The position numbers and the translations under genes were made by a program. 47,867 nucleotides of DNA, taken from NCBI GenBank assembly GCA_041288095.1, contig JBGGMJ010000031.1, forward strand, positions 1-47,867. Direction: 5' to 3'. Shown here piece after piece: positions 17,860 to 31,377 of the stretch. Source of the DNA: Myxococcota bacterium (lineage in GTDB: Bacteria; Myxococcota; XYA12-FULL-58-9; JALHOP01). Every line of letters begins with the position of its first letter. The stretch's first letter is position 1. Below the pieces are notes generated by a model. It was not told the origin of the DNA. It ran no database searches and was given only the letters and a program-made list of their open reading frames with translations.

Positions 17860-19308
17860 GTGACGCGGGACATGAAGAATCCACGTCGCGGAAGCACCCG
17901 CGGCAGCAGCAAAAAGAAGGTCGGTTTCGGCCTCCTTCTGCTCCTTGGCGCAATCAACGTCGGCGTCTTCCTCTACCACGGTGACCCGCGCGACCGCGCC
18001 CGATCGATCGTCACGCCGCCCTCTGCCGAGTCGCCGCGACGTGAGCGCGCCACCCAACGCCGCGCCGAAGCCAAGGACCAGCGCTTGCCCGCCGTGGTGT
18101 GGGCCGATGCGGCTGCTTTCGCGGACTTCTACAGCACGCCGGTTTTGGTCGACGCCGACCCTGAGATCGAGCCCTGGGCCAATCAGGGACTCGATCCCTT
18201 GCTCGGCTTGCGTACACCGGGTCCCGAGCAACGCATCGAAGTCGTGCAGCTCAGATCCGGCCAAACGGTGGCGGCGGCGCTCGCCGGTATCGGCGCGTCG
18301 CCCCAAGATCTCGCGACCGCGATCACCGCTTTGCAGACGCTCGTGGACTTCCGCCGCCTGCGCGCCGGCCAGACCCTGAAGGCGCGCCTCGATGACGGCG
18401 GCAAGCTCCTCGCGTTGAGCATTCACCAGAGCATCGCCGAGAGCGTCGAAGCGACGCGCACCGGGGACGTGTTCAAGGCGCAAAAGATCGACGTGCCCAT
18501 CGAGACGGTCGTCGCCAACGTCTCGGGCACCGTGCAATCGACGTTGTGGGAAGCGATCGCCGGCCGTGGCGAGGAGCCGGCCTTGATCGCCGACTTCGCC
18601 GACGTCTTCGCCTGGGAGATCGATTTCTTCCGCGACGTCCGCGTCGGTGACAGTTACCGCATGCTCGTCGAGAAGCGTTACGCGCGCGGCAAGCTCGTGA
18701 GCTACGGCCGCGTGCTCGCCGCCGAATACGTCAACGACGGCACGTCGCACCGCGTTTTCTACCACGCGAGCACCGGCGGCACCGGCGGCTATTATGGACC
18801 GACGGGTGAGAGCGCGAAGAAGCTACTGCTCAAAATGCCCCTGCAATACGGCCGCATGACCAGTGGCTTCGGCTCGCGCCACCACCCGGTGCTCGGCTAC
18901 ACCCGGGCTCACAACGGTGTCGACTATGGCGTACCGGTCGGCACACCGGTCTGGTCCGTCGGCGACGGCCGCGTCGTCAAGGCGGGGTGGGGCAACGGCT
19001 TCGGTAACCTCGTCGAGATCGCCCACACGAACGGTTGGACCTCGCAGTATGCGCACCTGTCGTCGATCGGTGTGCGCGTGGGGCAACACGTGACGCAGAA
19101 AATGACCATTGCCCGTAGCGGCAACACCGGTCTGTCGAGCGGGCCCCACCTGCACTACGGGCTCAAGCAACACAGCCACTACGTCAATCCAGCATCGCAA
19201 AAGTTCGAGCGCGCGGAGCCCCTGAAGGGCGCCGAGCTCCAAGCATTCAAACTCGAGATCGAGCGCCTCTCGGCGGAGCTCGATCGCATTACCGTAGCGT
19301 CTTTATAG
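17860..19308 (+). CDS. M23 peptidoglycan DD-metalloendopeptidase (MepM-like)
   Basis: N-terminal TM; HNGVDYG, YAHLS, GPHLHY zinc motifs; FAWEIDF. Confidence 0.95.
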   Translation: MTRDMKNPRRGSTRGSSKKKVGFGLLLLLGAINVGVFLYHGDPRDRARSIVTPPSAESPRRERATQRRAEAKDQRLPAVVWADAAAFADFYSTPVLVDADPEIEPWANQGLDPLLGLRTPGPEQRIEVVQLRSGQTVAAALAGIGASPQDLATAITALQTLVDFRRLRAGQTLKARLDDGGKLLALSIHQSIAESVEATRTGDVFKAQKIDVPIETVVANVSGTVQSTLWEAIAGRGEEPALIADFADVFAWEIDFFRDVRVGDSYRMLVEKRYARGKLVSYGRVLAAEYVNDGTSHRVFYHASTGGTGGYYGPTGESAKKLLLKMPLQYGRMTSGFGSRHHPVLGYTRAHNGVDYGVPVGTPVWSVGDGRVVKAGWGNGFGNLVEIAHTNGWTSQYAHLSSIGVRVGQHVTQKMTIARSGNTGLSSGPHLHYGLKQHSHYVNPASQKFERAEPLKGAELQAFKLEIERLSAELDRITVASL

Positions 19309-19323
19309 GCGCGAAGGCTCCGC

Positions 19324-21039
19324 GTGCGTTTCGTCGCTGCCGTTCTTCTTTGTCTGGTCGCGACGCCCGCGCTCGCCATCGAGCTGCCGCGCCCGGGTGA
19401 GCCGGTCGACGTCGAGCGCATCATCAAGTCCATGTCCGTCGAGGAGAAGGTCGGCCAGCTCCTGTTCGTCGGCTTCGGCGGCACCGAGGTCAATCCGCAC
19501 ATCGAGTTCTGGGTGAAGCAGCGCCACGTCGGCGGCGTCGCGCTCTTCTCGCGCAACATCGTCGATTTGAAGCAGACGGCGTCGTTCACCCGCGGTATCC
19601 ACGCGTTGACTGACGGCAAGGTGCCGCTCTTCGTGGCGCTCGATCAGGAAGGCGGCAACGTCGTGCGCGTCAAGGACGGCGCCATGACCCTGCCCGGCAA
19701 CATGGCGCTGGGCGCGACGCGCTCCACTACTCTGGCGTACATCGCCGGTCAGGGCCTAGCGGTCGACCTGAAGCTGCTCGGGTTCAACATGAACCTGGCG
19801 CCGGTTCTCGATGTCAACTCGAACCCCAAGAACCCCGTCATCGGGGTGCGCTCCTACGGGGAGAAGCCCGAGCTCGTCGCCGACCTCGGCTCCTGGTACG
19901 TGCGCGGCCAGCAAGAGATGGGCGTCGTCGCGGTCGCCAAGCACTTCCCCGGACACGGCGATACGCACACCGACTCGCACTTCGACATGCCGGCGATCTC
20001 CGCCGACTTGAAACGCTTGAACGAGCTCGAGCTCGCGCCCTTCAAGCGCGCCATGGACGTCGGGCTCGATGCCGTGATGACGGCGCATATCGCCTTGCCG
20101 CGCGTCGCCGAGGAAGCGAATCTGCCGGCAACGCTATCGCGGAACATCCTCACCAAGGTCCTGCGTGAGCAGATGGGCTTCGACGGCATCGTCATCACCG
20201 ACGGCCTGGAGATGGACGGCATCGTCGAGCGCTACGGCAGCGGCCGCGCCGCCGTCATCGCGGTGAACGCTGGAGCGGACATGCCGCTGGTGCTGTGGCA
20301 GATGAAAAAGAAGGACGAGGTCTTCGACACGCTCATGGCGGCGGTGAAGAGCGGCGAGATCAGTCCGACCCGCCTCGATCAATCGGTGCGCCGTATCCTC
20401 GCCGTCAAAGCGCGCCGCGGCATGTTCGATCGCCAGATCGAACCGCTGGAACGGGCACTGCGACGCGATGATCGGCTGGCCACGCATCAGCAGGTCAGTC
20501 AGCAAATCGCGCGCGAAGCGGTGACGCTGGTGCGCAACCACGCCAACACCTTGCCCATTCGCGCTGTCCGCTATCGCAAAGTGGTCGTCCTGGCGCCCTC
20601 CGGGCCGTTCGCCAACCGCATTAGCAAGGAGAAGTACGTCGAGGTCGTGAACACCGCGTACATTCCCTCGCGCGAGCAGCGTAACGCCGACGTCGAGCGC
20701 ATGATCGCGGCGTCCCGTGGCGCCGACTTGATCATCTTCGCCACCATTAACCGCTACCACCTCGAGATGGCCAAGCGCGTGATGCGCGCGCTGCCATCGA
20801 CCTCGGCGGCCATGGTGAGCTTCGCGTCACCATATTACCTCGAGAGTGTCCCCGACATCGACGCCTACGTGTGCACCTACAGCTACCTCGACGACGCGCA
20901 GCGTGCCGCGGCGGACGCCCTCGTTGGCGGCCAGGCGATGACCGGGCGTCTCCCCGTGACCATCCCCGGCTTCTACGGCTTCGGACACCGCGTCGAGGAC
21001 CGCATGGCCGAGGCGCCTAGCGATACGGCCATTCAGTAA
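19324..21039 (+). CDS. nagZ: Beta-N-acetylhexosaminidase (GH3)
   Basis: Signal peptide; DQEGG, KHFPGHGDTHTDSH, ITDGLEM; GH3 C-terminal domain. Confidence 0.95.
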   Translation: MRFVAAVLLCLVATPALAIELPRPGEPVDVERIIKSMSVEEKVGQLLFVGFGGTEVNPHIEFWVKQRHVGGVALFSRNIVDLKQTASFTRGIHALTDGKVPLFVALDQEGGNVVRVKDGAMTLPGNMALGATRSTTLAYIAGQGLAVDLKLLGFNMNLAPVLDVNSNPKNPVIGVRSYGEKPELVADLGSWYVRGQQEMGVVAVAKHFPGHGDTHTDSHFDMPAISADLKRLNELELAPFKRAMDVGLDAVMTAHIALPRVAEEANLPATLSRNILTKVLREQMGFDGIVITDGLEMDGIVERYGSGRAAVIAVNAGADMPLVLWQMKKKDEVFDTLMAAVKSGEISPTRLDQSVRRILAVKARRGMFDRQIEPLERALRRDDRLATHQQVSQQIAREAVTLVRNHANTLPIRAVRYRKVVVLAPSGPFANRISKEKYVEVVNTAYIPSREQRNADVERMIAASRGADLIIFATINRYHLEMAKRVMRALPSTSAAMVSFASPYYLESVPDIDAYVCTYSYLDDAQRAAADALVGGQAMTGRLPVTIPGFYGFGHRVEDRMAEAPSDTAIQ

Positions 21040-21052
21040 GGTAGCTAGGGTC

Positions 21053-22153
21053 TTGTTGACCACCCTCGACCGTTACGTGCTGCGTGAGATCGGCGTTCCC
21101 ATTCTCGTGGGTCTCGGCCTGTTCTTCGTCGTCGTGACCTTCGTGCAGCTCTTCACCATCTCCGACGCGACGACTGGCCTCGGCATCACCGGCGCCGACA
21201 TGGCGCAAGCGCTCTTGTACTCGTTGCCTCCACTCACCGGGCTTTTGCTACCAGCGAGCGCCTTGTTCGCGACTCTGCTCGCCATCGGCCGCATGTCGTC
21301 CGACCGCGAAGTCATGGGCCTCACGGCCATGGGTGTGAGTCCGTACCGCTTGCTGCGCGTGCCCGCCGTGCTCGGCGTCATCATGGGCGCGGTCTCGTGT
21401 TACGCCCTCGTGGTCGGCGAGCCCTGGGGTGTGCGCGGGCTACGCGACCTGATGGCGCGAGGCGCCCAGCGCGCGCTCGCGGGTGGCGTCCGTGCCGACG
21501 AGTTTCAGGAGTGGATCCCCGGGGTCACGTTCCTCGCTCGCGAGCGTGTCGGCCGTGATCTGCATGGCGTCATGCTCGCCGACAGGCGCGACCCGGAGCG
21601 GGCGGTCGTCATCACGGCGAAGAGCGGCCAGGTCGTGAGCGGCGCGGCCAGCCGTGACATCGTCTTCGCCCTCCGCGACGGCAGCATCGTCGTCCATGAC
21701 GCCGGCGCGGACGCGGCGCGGGTCATCCGCTTCGAAACCAGCGACTACCGCATCGACGTCCAGAGCATCGTCGGCCGCAAGGCGAAGACGCTGCCCGCGG
21801 TGCAGGCGAAAGACGTCTGGACTCTCTGGGACGATCTGCACGACGCCACCTTCACCGGTGACCGCGCGCTCGAGATGGTGGTCCTGAATAGAAAGCTCGC
21901 ACTGCCCGTCGCCACGGTCGTGTTCGCGCTCCTGGCCGTGCCACTCGCTTGCTCGCGCTCGCCCGCCGCTCGGGCGCGTGGCTTTCTCTACAGCTCGGCG
22001 CTCGTCGCCGGTTACTACTACATCGGCCGCTGGGCCGAGCTGGCCGCGCGCAGCGGTAACTTGAACGCGGTGTTCGCCGCCTGGTTGCCAAACCTCCTGG
22101 GCGTCATCGGCATGACCATCTTGCTCATCCGTTTTCGCGGAAAGGCCGCATGA
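21053..22153 (+). CDS. lptF: LPS export ABC permease LptF
   Basis: LDRYVLREI, GRMSSDREV, 3 TM + periplasmic domain + 3 TM, AAWLPN. Confidence 0.9.
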   Translation: MLTTLDRYVLREIGVPILVGLGLFFVVVTFVQLFTISDATTGLGITGADMAQALLYSLPPLTGLLLPASALFATLLAIGRMSSDREVMGLTAMGVSPYRLLRVPAVLGVIMGAVSCYALVVGEPWGVRGLRDLMARGAQRALAGGVRADEFQEWIPGVTFLARERVGRDLHGVMLADRRDPERAVVITAKSGQVVSGAASRDIVFALRDGSIVVHDAGADAARVIRFETSDYRIDVQSIVGRKAKTLPAVQAKDVWTLWDDLHDATFTGDRALEMVVLNRKLALPVATVVFALLAVPLACSRSPAARARGFLYSSALVAGYYYIGRWAELAARSGNLNAVFAAWLPNLLGVIGMTILLIRFRGKAA

Positions 22154-23229
22154 GGCTCGTCCGCTACATCGCCCTCATCTACGCGGGCGCGACCATGCTG
22201 ACGATCATCGGTCTCGTGGTCATCGTCGTCGGTGCTTCGCTGGTCGAGGGTAGCGGCACGATGATGCGCGCCAACGCCGGCGCTGGGACGGTGCTCGAGC
22301 TCGCCGGGTACCGGGCCGCCGGGTTTGCCTATCAGATCATGCCGGCCGCGGTGCTGCTCGGCGCCATGATTGCCGGCACCACCCTGGCTCGGCGCGGTGA
22401 GCTCCTCGGGGCGCAGGCATCCGGCATCGGTCCATCGCGCATCTGGATGGCGTTCGTGGGTGGCGCGCTCGTGTTCACGGTACTCACCGCCATCGCGGGG
22501 GAGTACGTCGTGCCGTGGTCGCTGGTCCGGCTCGAGCACGAGCAGATCGCGGCGCTGGGACGCAGCGACACGCAGAGCAACTTCTACAACCGGCCGGTGC
22601 AGTGGTTTCGCAAGGGCGACCTCATTCTCTATCTGCCCGAAGTCGACCTGAAGGAGCAGCGCTTCAATCGGCCGGTGATCTACCGCATGGCCCAGGGCGA
22701 GCTGCGCGAGGTCATGGAAGCCGAGACCCTGGTCTATGGGGCCGATGGCTTCCACCTGAAGGAGGCTCGCGTCCTGGACGTCGGCACCTCGACGTTCACC
22801 CATGCGCCGGACTTGCCACTTGCACTCGACGCGACACCGACCGCTTTGGCGGACGTCACCGGGGACCCGAGGCAAATGCGTATTCTTCAGGTGGCGCGAC
22901 TGGCGCGGCGCCGCGCGCTCGCGGGCTTCGACGCGACGCCACACGCCGTCGAGCTGCACGGCCGCCTGTCGCATCCTTTCAATGCCATCTGGCTGGCGCT
23001 GGTTTGCGCGCCCTGGGCCCTGCACGTCGACCGGCGGCGCTCCCTGGCGGTGAACCTCGGCGTTGGTGTCATCGCCATCGCGGTGCTGCTGACGCTCATG
23101 TACACGTTCCGCATGCTCGCGCTCGGCCATCAGATCGCGGCGCCGCTCGGCGCATGGGGCCTTTCGTTGACCATCCTCGCGGCCATGCCGGTCTCGTTCT
23201 GGTCGTACCGAAAGCTGCGCGCCGCATGA
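22150..23229 (+). CDS. lptG: LPS export ABC permease LptG
   Basis: ATGA overlap with lptF; LARRGEL..AQASGI; same topology as LptF. Confidence 0.88.
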   Translation: MRLVRYIALIYAGATMLTIIGLVVIVVGASLVEGSGTMMRANAGAGTVLELAGYRAAGFAYQIMPAAVLLGAMIAGTTLARRGELLGAQASGIGPSRIWMAFVGGALVFTVLTAIAGEYVVPWSLVRLEHEQIAALGRSDTQSNFYNRPVQWFRKGDLILYLPEVDLKEQRFNRPVIYRMAQGELREVMEAETLVYGADGFHLKEARVLDVGTSTFTHAPDLPLALDATPTALADVTGDPRQMRILQVARLARRRALAGFDATPHAVELHGRLSHPFNAIWLALVCAPWALHVDRRRSLAVNLGVGVIAIAVLLTLMYTFRMLALGHQIAAPLGAWGLSLTILAAMPVSFWSYRKLRAA

Positions 23230-23897
23230 TGCGCGACTTCTTCGCGGAGGTCCGCGCCATCTGTGCCGCCGCTTTGGCGAACCTCGTCGCCTGGCGCTGG
23301 CGGCTGCTCGCGGGCCTCGCTGTCTTCGCGGTGCTCGCGTGTTTCACCGTGCCGCGCGACGCCGCGTGGGTCGAGAGCGTTCGCGCCGCCGACGCGCCGT
23401 TCTGGGTCGACCTCGCCGACCTCTTCAGCGTCTGGGGCGACTACCCGCGCGGCCCTCTCATCGGCGTGGCGCTGTTGTTCGCCACCGGCGTCGCGTTCAA
23501 GCGCCCGCAGCTGCGGCGTGTCGCGATAGCGTGCTTTCTCGCGGCTTCGCTCGCCGGTGTGTGCGCCCTGAGCCTGCGCTCGTTGGTCGGCCGCCCGCGA
23601 CCTCGATCACCGCTGCCAGACGGCCTCTACGGCCCGACTCTCGATCACACGTTGCACAGCTTTCCGAGCGGGCACACGGCCAGCGCCTTCGGCACTGCCT
23701 GTGCGCTATTGCCGACAATACCGGTGATCGGGATTCCCGGACTCGTCTTCGCCGGTGGTGTGGCCTGGTCGCGAATGCACCGCAATTACCATCACTTGAC
23801 CGACGTCGCCGGCGGCGCCGGCTTGGGCGTCGTTTTCGGCTTGGCCTTCGGTGTGGCGGTCCGCCGCAGGGGCAAATTGCCGCTTGCCAGCGATTGA
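23226..23897 (+). CDS. PAP2-family membrane phosphatase
   Basis: ATGA overlap; RSLVGRPRP, SFPSGH and SRMHRNYHHLTDV motifs. Confidence 0.92.
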   Translation: MMRDFFAEVRAICAAALANLVAWRWRLLAGLAVFAVLACFTVPRDAAWVESVRAADAPFWVDLADLFSVWGDYPRGPLIGVALLFATGVAFKRPQLRRVAIACFLAASLAGVCALSLRSLVGRPRPRSPLPDGLYGPTLDHTLHSFPSGHTASAFGTACALLPTIPVIGIPGLVFAGGVAWSRMHRNYHHLTDVAGGAGLGVVFGLAFGVAVRRRGKLPLASD

Positions 23898-23940
23898 TGG
23901 GCTTCGCAGCCTAACCCTCAACGAAGGGGAGGGAATCACC

Positions 23941-24156
23941 ATGGGTGAGCTCATCGATAAGGCAAAAGGCAAAGTGAAGGAAAAGCTCGGTCGCGCTACC
24001 GGCGACAAGGGCCTCGAGAACGAAGGTCGCGTCGACACCTTGAAGGGTAACGTCAAGGGTGCGGTCGATACCGCCAAGCAGCGGGTCAAGGATGCGGTCG
24101 CGGACACCAAGCGCGAGCGCGAGTGGCCCGGCAACAGCACTAATCCGAACCGCTAG
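23941..24156 (+). CDS. csbD: CsbD-family stress protein
   Basis: DKAKGKVKEKLGRATGDKGLENEGRVDTLKG; RBS GGAGGG. Confidence 0.92.
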   Translation: MGELIDKAKGKVKEKLGRATGDKGLENEGRVDTLKGNVKGAVDTAKQRVKDAVADTKREREWPGNSTNPNR

Positions 24157-24270
24157 CTCTCGAGCAAAACCCGTGGGCGGGCCTGCAACGGCGGGCTCGA
24201 CCCCGGGGTATTGCTCTTTGCCACACGCGGGAGATATTGCCGGGCGCCAACAACTTCACAGGGGCGCACA

Positions 24271-25307
<1,037 letters not shown>

Positions 25308-25311
<4 letters not shown>

Positions 25312-26897
25312 GGCGTTGCCGTCGAAAAGCCGATCTTCTCGGTGCCCATGAGCACGCCACCGTCGGTTCGGGAGAGGCCGACGAGCGTCGTGCGCGACGG
25401 GCCATAGAGATCGCTCGCGTCCGGTGTGACCGCCGCGGTGATCCGGAGCTGGAAGCCGGTCGCCGCGGGCAGACCGGCGGACAGACGCCGCAGGCGACCC
25501 GCCGTGAACGCCGCCGAGGTCGTGGTCACGTACGTGATGGGTCGTTCTCCATCGTCATCGTAGATGCCGTAGACGTAGGTCGCGCCGGGCACCGGCTGCG
25601 TCGCGAAGGCGGTGGTGTCCACGACCTTGTTCTGCATGGCGTCCACCGGCGAAGTCAGCTCGGGGCCGGTCGGCGCGGTGACGTCGATGGCCGTGGTCGT
25701 CGGTGTCACCCGCTCGAACATCTCGAGCCGGTCGCCGCGACGAATGCGCAACATCACGGGCACTTCGTCGTCGATCGGCACGACGATTGGGCTCTCCGCC
25801 GTGGCGAGGTCATCGATGCGGTTGATCTCGACGCTCGAATGATCGCCCGCGAGCCAGAGTACGGCGATGCTGTCGACGAGCTCGCCGTCGCCGTCTCGAC
25901 CCTGGACGTTGATGGTGCGGTTGACGAGTGTCGTGTCGACGTCCACTTGGATGTGATTGCCGCCGCCACCTTCCAGGGTGATCGCTTGCTCGCCGAACTT
26001 CTTGTACGAGCTGACGACGGTGCCGAGACGCGCCGAGGTGATGGCGCGGAACATACCCGAGACTTGCGTGCCGCTGGGCGCTGGCAGGCTCGTCGCGAAG
26101 TTGTAGACCTCGGCGCTGACGGTGCCGCGTCGGGCTTCTTGCCCGCTATCGCAGTCGACGACGGCGTCGACGTGATCGGTGTCGTCGCCGCCGGTGACCT
26201 GACCGGTCAGGGTCATCGAGCTCGGCTGCGACGCTTGCTCGACGTGGGTCATGCCGAAGAACGGCGTCGCGCTCATTTGATCGAGGAAGACGTTGTTGAT
26301 GTACAGCGTCGTGCCCTCGGGCTCGAAGACGACGTTCACGTCGTAGGGTGGGGCGATGTTCGCGACCGTGAACTCGCCGGTGGAGTCGGTGATGGCGTCG
26401 ACGGCCGTGGTCGACCGGTAGCCCAGCACGTGCACGATGGCGTCGACGGCGGGAGTGTCGTTCGTAAGCCGTACGACGCCGTGGACGGTGATTGGAGCGG
26501 GCTCGATGAGCGCGAGGTTGGCGCTCGAGCTTGCACGCTGGTTGGGGGCCTGTACGGGCGTCGCCGTCACCACGATGGTGTTCTCGCCGCGCGTCGCGTC
26601 CGCGGTCGCGCTCAAGACGAGCTTCGCGTTGTTCCCGCTGACGCTCGCCGCATCGAAGCTCGCGATGACGCCGGTCGGTACGCCGGTGACGGTGAGCTCG
26701 ACGGCCTGATCACCTAGCGACGCCGGTCGCGCGAGCATGACGCTCACGGTCTTCGACTCGCCAATGACGAGGTGCACGTCAGCGCTGTCGAAGGTCACGC
26801 CGAGCACGTTTTTACCGGGCTCGCTCTTACCGCCGCCGCACGCCGCCACCACCACAAGGGCCAAGGACCCAATTCGCTTCATTACGCGATCGAACAT
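25308..26897 (-). CDS. Beta-rich lipoprotein with Ig-like and carboxypeptidase-regulatory-like domains (start 26897 or 26882)
   Basis: [18 protein letters not shown] lipobox; Thr/Val-rich beta strands; [19 protein letters not shown]. Confidence 0.8.
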
Positions 26898-26954
26898 CGG
26901 GCGGTGGATGTAGCCGACGCGCGCCTGTTTTCCAAAAACCCGGCGGCACCGGCT

Positions 26955-28343
<1,389 letters not shown>

Positions 28344-28381
28344 GGGCCCCAAATAGACGGGGAGCGGCCGTCTTGCAAACG

Positions 28382-30169
28382 CTACTGAGCGGCCTTCGCG
28401 GGGACGACCTGCCGGTCCGGAAGTGGTCCGGGATAGCGGGCGCGGAGCGCGGTCATCAGGGCGTCACGGTCCACGGATTCGAGCATTCGCCGGTCATTCG
28501 GAGCGACCTTGGCGAGCGCCGGCGCGATACCGTCGCCGCCGAGCGCCATGAAGTCGCTGGTGGCGACCTCGTACACGCCTTCCGGCAGCGGCTTACCCTT
28601 GTTGGTCAAGACCACGTCATTGCCGCGCGCCTTGATCTCGAAGCCGTACGTCACCGGCGGATCCTTGCGCGAGACCGTCAGGATCCGCATCGCTTCGCTG
28701 AGCTCGCTCTTCTTGAGCTTCAGGATGGCGACGCGGTTGCCGAACGGGCAGACGTCGTAGATGGCACCGAAGCTGAGATCTCCGGCGGGCAGATCGTTGC
28801 GGATGCTGCCGGCGTTCGCGAACGCGAGCTTGGTCCCAGCGAGGTCGGCGAAGCCCTTGACCACGTATTGGCCTACCGTCTCCATCTTGGGCGGCTGCGG
28901 CACGAGCCGGCGACGCTTCTTGACCGGCGGTTGTGGCATCGACGACCCTGTCCGCCGCAGCGGAGCAGGTAGTCGGATCCCCACCGTGCTCGACTTCAAA
29001 TTGCGGACCTCGGCGAAATAGGGCGCCAGCACCTGTTCGACGCGTTCGTCCGCTTTGATGGTCACACCCTCGTAGGCCGCCGCTTGTACCTTGGCGTCGG
29101 CGCTCGGCGGGTCGCCACAGGTGCCGTCGCCCCAAGTGGTCAGGCAGAGCGGCACGGGCTTCCTTATGGTGGTGTTGGCGACGTCGACGCCCCCTTCGGC
29201 GCCGATGCACACGTCGATGCGCCCGAGCTTGCGCGCATACGAGCTGCTCTCGATGACGGGGATGCCGTCGATCCAGGTGGCGACGTCCTTGTGCGTATGG
29301 CCGGCAACGGCGATGTCGACGGTGCCCTTCGGAAGCGCGGCGAGGAGCTGTTGGAGCTCGCTCTTGCTGTCGCAGCTCGAGGCATCGCGAGGGTCCTCGA
29401 TCGACTTGCATTCGGTGCCGACGTGGCCCACCAACACGATGAGCTTCGCGCCCTTGGTGCGCAGGATCGCGGACTCGGCCTGGACGAGCGTTTGCTGCTC
29501 CAAGAAGTCCAGGGGCTCGACGTTGCGCGCGAAGGTCGTGCTCGGCGTGCTCACCGTCGACATGCCGATGATGCCGACCTCCACGTCGCCCACGCGCTTC
29601 GCCAGACTACCTTTGACGTTCGGCCAGGCGATACGGCGGTTGCTCGCGTGCTCGAAGACATTCACGGCGAGGATGGGAAACATCGCATCGCCAACCCGCT
29701 GCTTGACCACGGCGAGGATGTCTTGAGCGCCGCTCTTGCCGGAGCCGAAGTCGAACTCGTGATTCCCGAGGACGCCGGCGTCGTACTGGATGGCGTTCAT
29801 CGCCTCGATGGTCGGTTTGCCCTCGAAGTGGTCGGAGGCGAAGGTGCCGCGATACATGTCGCCGGCATCGAGCAAGAGGACGCCGTGCTTCGAGGTCGAG
29901 CGCACGGCGTTGACGTAGGCAGCGAGCACCGGGAGTCCGCCTTCGCGGACGGGGTTGCTCTCGGGGCCGTGGCTGCGCGGCTCCAGCGTACCGTGGAGGT
30001 CGTTGGTCGCGAGCAGGGTGATGCAGGGGTCATGCGGCGCCACCGCGGCTTTGGGGCGCTCGGGCTTGGGCTCGTCTTGGGTTAGTGCGCGCGTCAGGGT
30101 GGTCAGGTCGTCGCACGCACCTAGACCGAGTGACACGGCGGCCACGATGGGAAGAAATCGGGCGCGCAT
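28382..30169 (-). CDS. Bifunctional metallophosphatase/5'-nucleotidase lipoprotein
   Basis: Lipobox [26 protein letters not shown]-terminal [18 protein letters not shown]. Confidence 0.93.
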   Translation of the reverse strand: MRARFLPIVAAVSLGLGACDDLTTLTRALTQDEPKPERPKAAVAPHDPCITLLATNDLHGTLEPRSHGPESNPVREGGLPVLAAYVNAVRSTSKHGVLLLDAGDMYRGTFASDHFEGKPTIEAMNAIQYDAGVLGNHEFDFGSGKSGAQDILAVVKQRVGDAMFPILAVNVFEHASNRRIAWPNVKGSLAKRVGDVEVGIIGMSTVSTPSTTFARNVEPLDFLEQQTLVQAESAILRTKGAKLIVLVGHVGTECKSIEDPRDASSCDSKSELQQLLAALPKGTVDIAVAGHTHKDVATWIDGIPVIESSSYARKLGRIDVCIGAEGGVDVANTTIRKPVPLCLTTWGDGTCGDPPSADAKVQAAAYEGVTIKADERVEQVLAPYFAEVRNLKSSTVGIRLPAPLRRTGSSMPQPPVKKRRRLVPQPPKMETVGQYVVKGFADLAGTKLAFANAGSIRNDLPAGDLSFGAIYDVCPFGNRVAILKLKKSELSEAMRILTVSRKDPPVTYGFEIKARGNDVVLTNKGKPLPEGVYEVATSDFMALGGDGIAPALAKVAPNDRRMLESVDRDALMTALRARYPGPLPDRQVVPAKAAQ

Positions 30170-30228
30170 GAGGGGAGCTCTCATGAGCCGGCGCCATACG
30201 GCACGCCGGCTCGTCGAGAACAGATGCG

Positions 30229-31017
30229 CTATTGAGCCACGCGACGGCCGTCGCTCGGTCGCAAGAAGCGCAGGGCGTTGTCGAGGGAGTTCTCCATCGA
30301 CTCGGCGATGAACTGACGGAAGTCGCGCTCGGCGCCGCGAAGCGCTTCGTAATAACGCTGGCGATCCGACGCGTGGATGATCACGGGCAGATAGCCTTCG
30401 CGAATGAGCACGAAGTTGCAGAGCAGACGGCCGATCATGCCGCTGTACTCCGAGAACGGGAACACGTGCATGAAGCGGTGGTGCACGTTCGCCGCGAACT
30501 CGATCGGATGCAGGTCTTGGTCACGCTGTGCCTTGAGGTAATCGAGGCACTTGGTGAGCGCGAGCTGGATCTTCGCGGGCTGGGCGATCTCGTGGAAGTA
30601 GGTCCGGTGGATCGGGATGTCCTTGCGGTACACACCCGCGTCTTCCGGATCGCTGACCAGGAGAGCGTGAAGGCTCTTCAGGAACTCGATGGTGACCGCG
30701 AACCGCTTGGTCCGGGCCTTTTCGCGCATCTGATCGATGCAGGACTTCTGGTTCTTGATGTCCTGGTAGGTCGGCAGAAGGCTGACATCGCTGATGATCT
30801 TGTTGTCGACGGCGCTCTTGATCTCGGGATACGTGAGGACCACGCCCTCGAGTCCGTTTTCGTGGTAAATCCACGAAATATCGTACAGTTCTTGAAACTG
30901 GTCCCAGTTGAGGCCGGTGCGCTCAACTGACTCTTTGACGTCCTCGATGCGCTCGTCGATCTCACTGTAACGCTGCCGCATCGCCCCTTCGGGGTCGAAC
31001 AACGCCCAATCAACCAT
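30229..31017 (-). CDS. Fic-family protein with degenerate active site (alternative start 30981)
   Basis: WIYHENGLEG, AGVYR, HPIEFAANVHHRFMHVFPFSEYSGMIGRLLCNFVL, RQRYYEAL. Confidence 0.88.
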   Translation of the reverse strand: MVDWALFDPEGAMRQRYSEIDERIEDVKESVERTGLNWDQFQELYDISWIYHENGLEGVVLTYPEIKSAVDNKIISDVSLLPTYQDIKNQKSCIDQMREKARTKRFAVTIEFLKSLHALLVSDPEDAGVYRKDIPIHRTYFHEIAQPAKIQLALTKCLDYLKAQRDQDLHPIEFAANVHHRFMHVFPFSEYSGMIGRLLCNFVLIREGYLPVIIHASDRQRYYEALRGAERDFRQFIAESMENSLDNALRFLRPSDGRRVAQ

Positions 31018-31377
31018 CGCTCGTGCCTCGCTACGCTTTGTTGAGTCTCAAAAAGTACTTAAAAAACAGCCACTTAGATTCTACGTACGCGAAACTAACT
31101 TGTCAAAGCGTTGTTTCGGGGGGAGCGATCGATTGCCCTCCGCGGGTGTCTTCGATCGCGGATTGGCAAGCAAAGTCGCGCTTCTAGCGCGTACGTCAGG
31201 AATGCGAAAAACGTGCGGAATGTTACGTTTTACGCCGTTTTGCCCTCTGAAAGAGAGCGGTGCCGTACCCTCGCGGGAGGCGCCGGAGCGCCCGTTTGGC
31301 GAGGCCATTGTTTAGCCTTAATCAGAAGTCGTCGGTGTGTGTGCTGGAAGGCCTTTGCAGGTGTTTAGAGGTGTTTA

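Noticed and set aside
22515-23225. 460-aa version of the PAP2 ORF
   Set aside because: The extension overlaps lptG out of frame; the ATGA-coupled start at 23226 is more plausible.
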